A stretch of DNA of 26,223 bases. Origin: Betaproteobacteria bacterium (GTDB lineage Bacteria > Pseudomonadota > Gammaproteobacteria > Burkholderiales > Thiobacteraceae). Positions 24,556 through 26,223 of the stretch are shown here, piece after piece. Both the position numbers and the translations under genes were made by a program. The notes under the pieces were generated by a model. It was not told the DNA's origin, made no database searches, and saw nothing but the letters and a program-made list of their open reading frames with translations. Positions within the stretch are counted from its first letter, which is position 1, and every line of letters starts with the position of its first letter. The stretch covers positions 1-26,223 of the forward strand of contig JAYVBU010000249.1 in NCBI GenBank assembly GCA_043750335.1, written 5' to 3'.

Positions 24556-25623
24556 ATGCACACTCCCCCGCTTTGCTTGATACGCATATTGCTCTGTGCA
24601 TGTTTGTTGTTTGCACCCCCATTCATTGCGTCGGCAAGCGATGTAGTGCGCGGCACTTACCGAGGCGCGATGGCGACAGACTATCCCGTTTGGTTCAAGA
24701 CTAGCTTTCTCAATCTGCAAGAGGATGTCGCCGAAGCTCGGCTCGCCAACAAGCGCGTCATGCTGCTCTTTACGCAAGACAATTGCCCCTACTGCAACGC
24801 GCTGGTCGAGCGTAATCTGGCGCAAAAAGAAATCGAAGACCTGATGCGCCGCCGCTTTGATGTGATCGCGATCAATATCTGGGGCGACCGGGATGTGATT
24901 GGGATAGCGGGCGCGAGCTATAACGAAAAAACGTTCTCCGCCTCCCTCAACGTGCAATTCACGCCGACCCTTTTATTCCTAAATGAATCTGGGCAAACGA
25001 TCCTGCGGCTAAACGGCTACCTGCCCCCGGCCCGCTTTAAAACCGCGCTCGATTACGTGGCCCAAACCAAAGAAAAAGAAATCAGCTACCGCGATTACGT
25101 AGCCACTCAGACCCCGCCATCCACTGGGAGCGAATTAATCAAAGAGGATTTTTTTAAAGCTGCGCCGTACGACCTACAGCGCAAGCGCCCGTTCGCAGTC
25201 TTCTTTGAACAAAAAGACTGCCCGAGCTGCGCCGAGTTACATGAAAAAGTACTTATCGACCCAGACACACGCGACATTATTCGCAAGCTCGATGTGATTC
25301 AACTCGACATGTGGTCGAACACGCCCGTAACCACGCCGCAGGGCAAGCGCCAAACCGCACGCGCATGGGCCAAGGCACTCGATGTGAAATATGCGCCGAC
25401 CCTCGTGCTGTTTGACGAGCAAGGACAGGAAATCATCCGCTCCGAAGCGTTCTTCAAGCTATTCCACACACAAGGAATATTCGCCTATGTAACAGAGGGC
25501 GCATATAAAATCGAACCCAGCTTGCAGCGCTATCTCTCTGCGCGCGCAGACACAATGCGTGAACAAGGAAAAGATGTCGATATCTGGCGAATGGGTGACG
25601 AAACAAGCGGCATCAAAAAGTAA
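24556..25623 (+). CDS. Exported tandem thioredoxin-fold protein (SoxW-like)
   Basis: Signal-peptide-like N-terminus; two thioredoxin repeats with CPYC and CPSC, cis-Pro loops FTPT and YAPT. Confidence 0.85.
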   Translation: MHTPPLCLIRILLCACLLFAPPFIASASDVVRGTYRGAMATDYPVWFKTSFLNLQEDVAEARLANKRVMLLFTQDNCPYCNALVERNLAQKEIEDLMRRRFDVIAINIWGDRDVIGIAGASYNEKTFSASLNVQFTPTLLFLNESGQTILRLNGYLPPARFKTALDYVAQTKEKEISYRDYVATQTPPSTGSELIKEDFFKAAPYDLQRKRPFAVFFEQKDCPSCAELHEKVLIDPDTRDIIRKLDVIQLDMWSNTPVTTPQGKRQTARAWAKALDVKYAPTLVLFDEQGQEIIRSEAFFKLFHTQGIFAYVTEGAYKIEPSLQRYLSARADTMREQGKDVDIWRMGDETSGIKK

Positions 25624-25650
25624 ACCGCCGACAAACTCACAGCAAGAAAA

Positions 25651-26223
25651 TTATAACGACACGCGCAACCCATGGCGCGCAAGCAAGTTAAGCGTGGGGT
25701 TGATGCTCTGCGAAATAAAATCCCGTCGCACCGAATTCGCATACGCGAGCCTGCGCCAATCATGGCCCGGTGTCAGGCCAGCCAGCACATAAACCTCGGC
25801 GCGCGGCAAATAAAAAGGCCTGACAAATTGCCGCACCAACAGCTGCGCCACAGGCGAGAGCAATCGACGCGTGACCGGCGACGTATGCGCCAAGCCGCGC
25901 TCTAAATGACCCCGCGCACGCGCGATATGACGCGCTTCATCAATGATATGCAAGCGGCACATTTGCTTAATCAAAGGATTAACCGACTCACCCTGCGCGC
26001 GCACAAAACGATTCATCCGATCAGGCACTTCCTCCCCAATTACCACCGCCAACCAAAACAAACGTGAATCCATCGGCGCATACCGCCCCAGAAAATCAGC
26101 CAGCCACGGACGCTTAAAACTATTAGCAGGCAAATACAAACCACTCAACTCCATCAGCTTCAAGAACATCAAACTGTGCCCGGCCTCCTCGCGAATCTCA
26201 TGCAAACAATAGGCATACTCCGC
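25651..26223 (-). CDS. AurF-like ferritin-fold diiron oxygenase (3' part; runs off window end)
   Basis: Frame open to the window edge (AEYAYCLHEIREEAGH...); diiron ligand motifs EEAGH, GEEVPD, DEARH. Confidence 0.85.
   Translation of the reverse strand, partial: AEYAYCLHEIREEAGHSLMFLKLMELSGLYLPANSFKRPWLADFLGRYAPMDSRLFWLAVVIGEEVPDRMNRFVRAQGESVNPLIKQMCRLHIIDEARHIARARGHLERGLAHTSPVTRRLLSPVAQLLVRQFVRPFYLPRAEVYVLAGLTPGHDWRRLAYANSVRRDFISQSINPTLNLLARHGLRVSL

Noticed and set aside
37-26212. Numerous antisense or out-of-frame ORFs in the track (e.g. 2417-2995, 3468-3974, 7442-8239, 9425-9853, 14361-14867)
   Set aside because: They overlap well-supported genes, lack recognisable motifs, and are expected shadow ORFs in moderately GC-rich coding DNA.

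Overview
Chromosomal window from a sulfur-oxidising proteobacterium. The gene order and housekeeping genes look betaproteobacterial (Nitrosomonadales-like), which is inference. Left end (minus strand): housekeeping genes ffs (SRP RNA)-dnaX-ybaB-recR-parA-like. Centre and right (plus strand): a reverse dissimilatory sulfite reductase operon dsrABEFHCMKLJOPNR, extended by a lipoamide-dehydrogenase-like disulfide oxidoreductase and cysG. After it come a convergent NarL-family regulator with a soluble Cys-rich GAF NarX-like kinase, a tandem-thioredoxin (SoxW-like) gene behind a sigma54-type motif, and a partial AurF-like diiron oxygenase. The most unusual element is a five-gene minus-strand cassette transcribed divergently from dsrA: an orphan Cas6-like RAMP protein (no array or other cas gene in the window, apparently starting at a non-canonical ATC), a cysteine-free DsrC paralogue, a rhodanese, a hypothetical protein with a possible Cbp3-like chaperone pattern, and a TauD-type 2OG/Fe dioxygenase. 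Strong RNA stem-loops lie in its leader and inside it. This is a candidate Cas6 domesticated for post-transcriptional control of sulfur metabolism. All family assignments come from motif recognition by eye; no searches were run.
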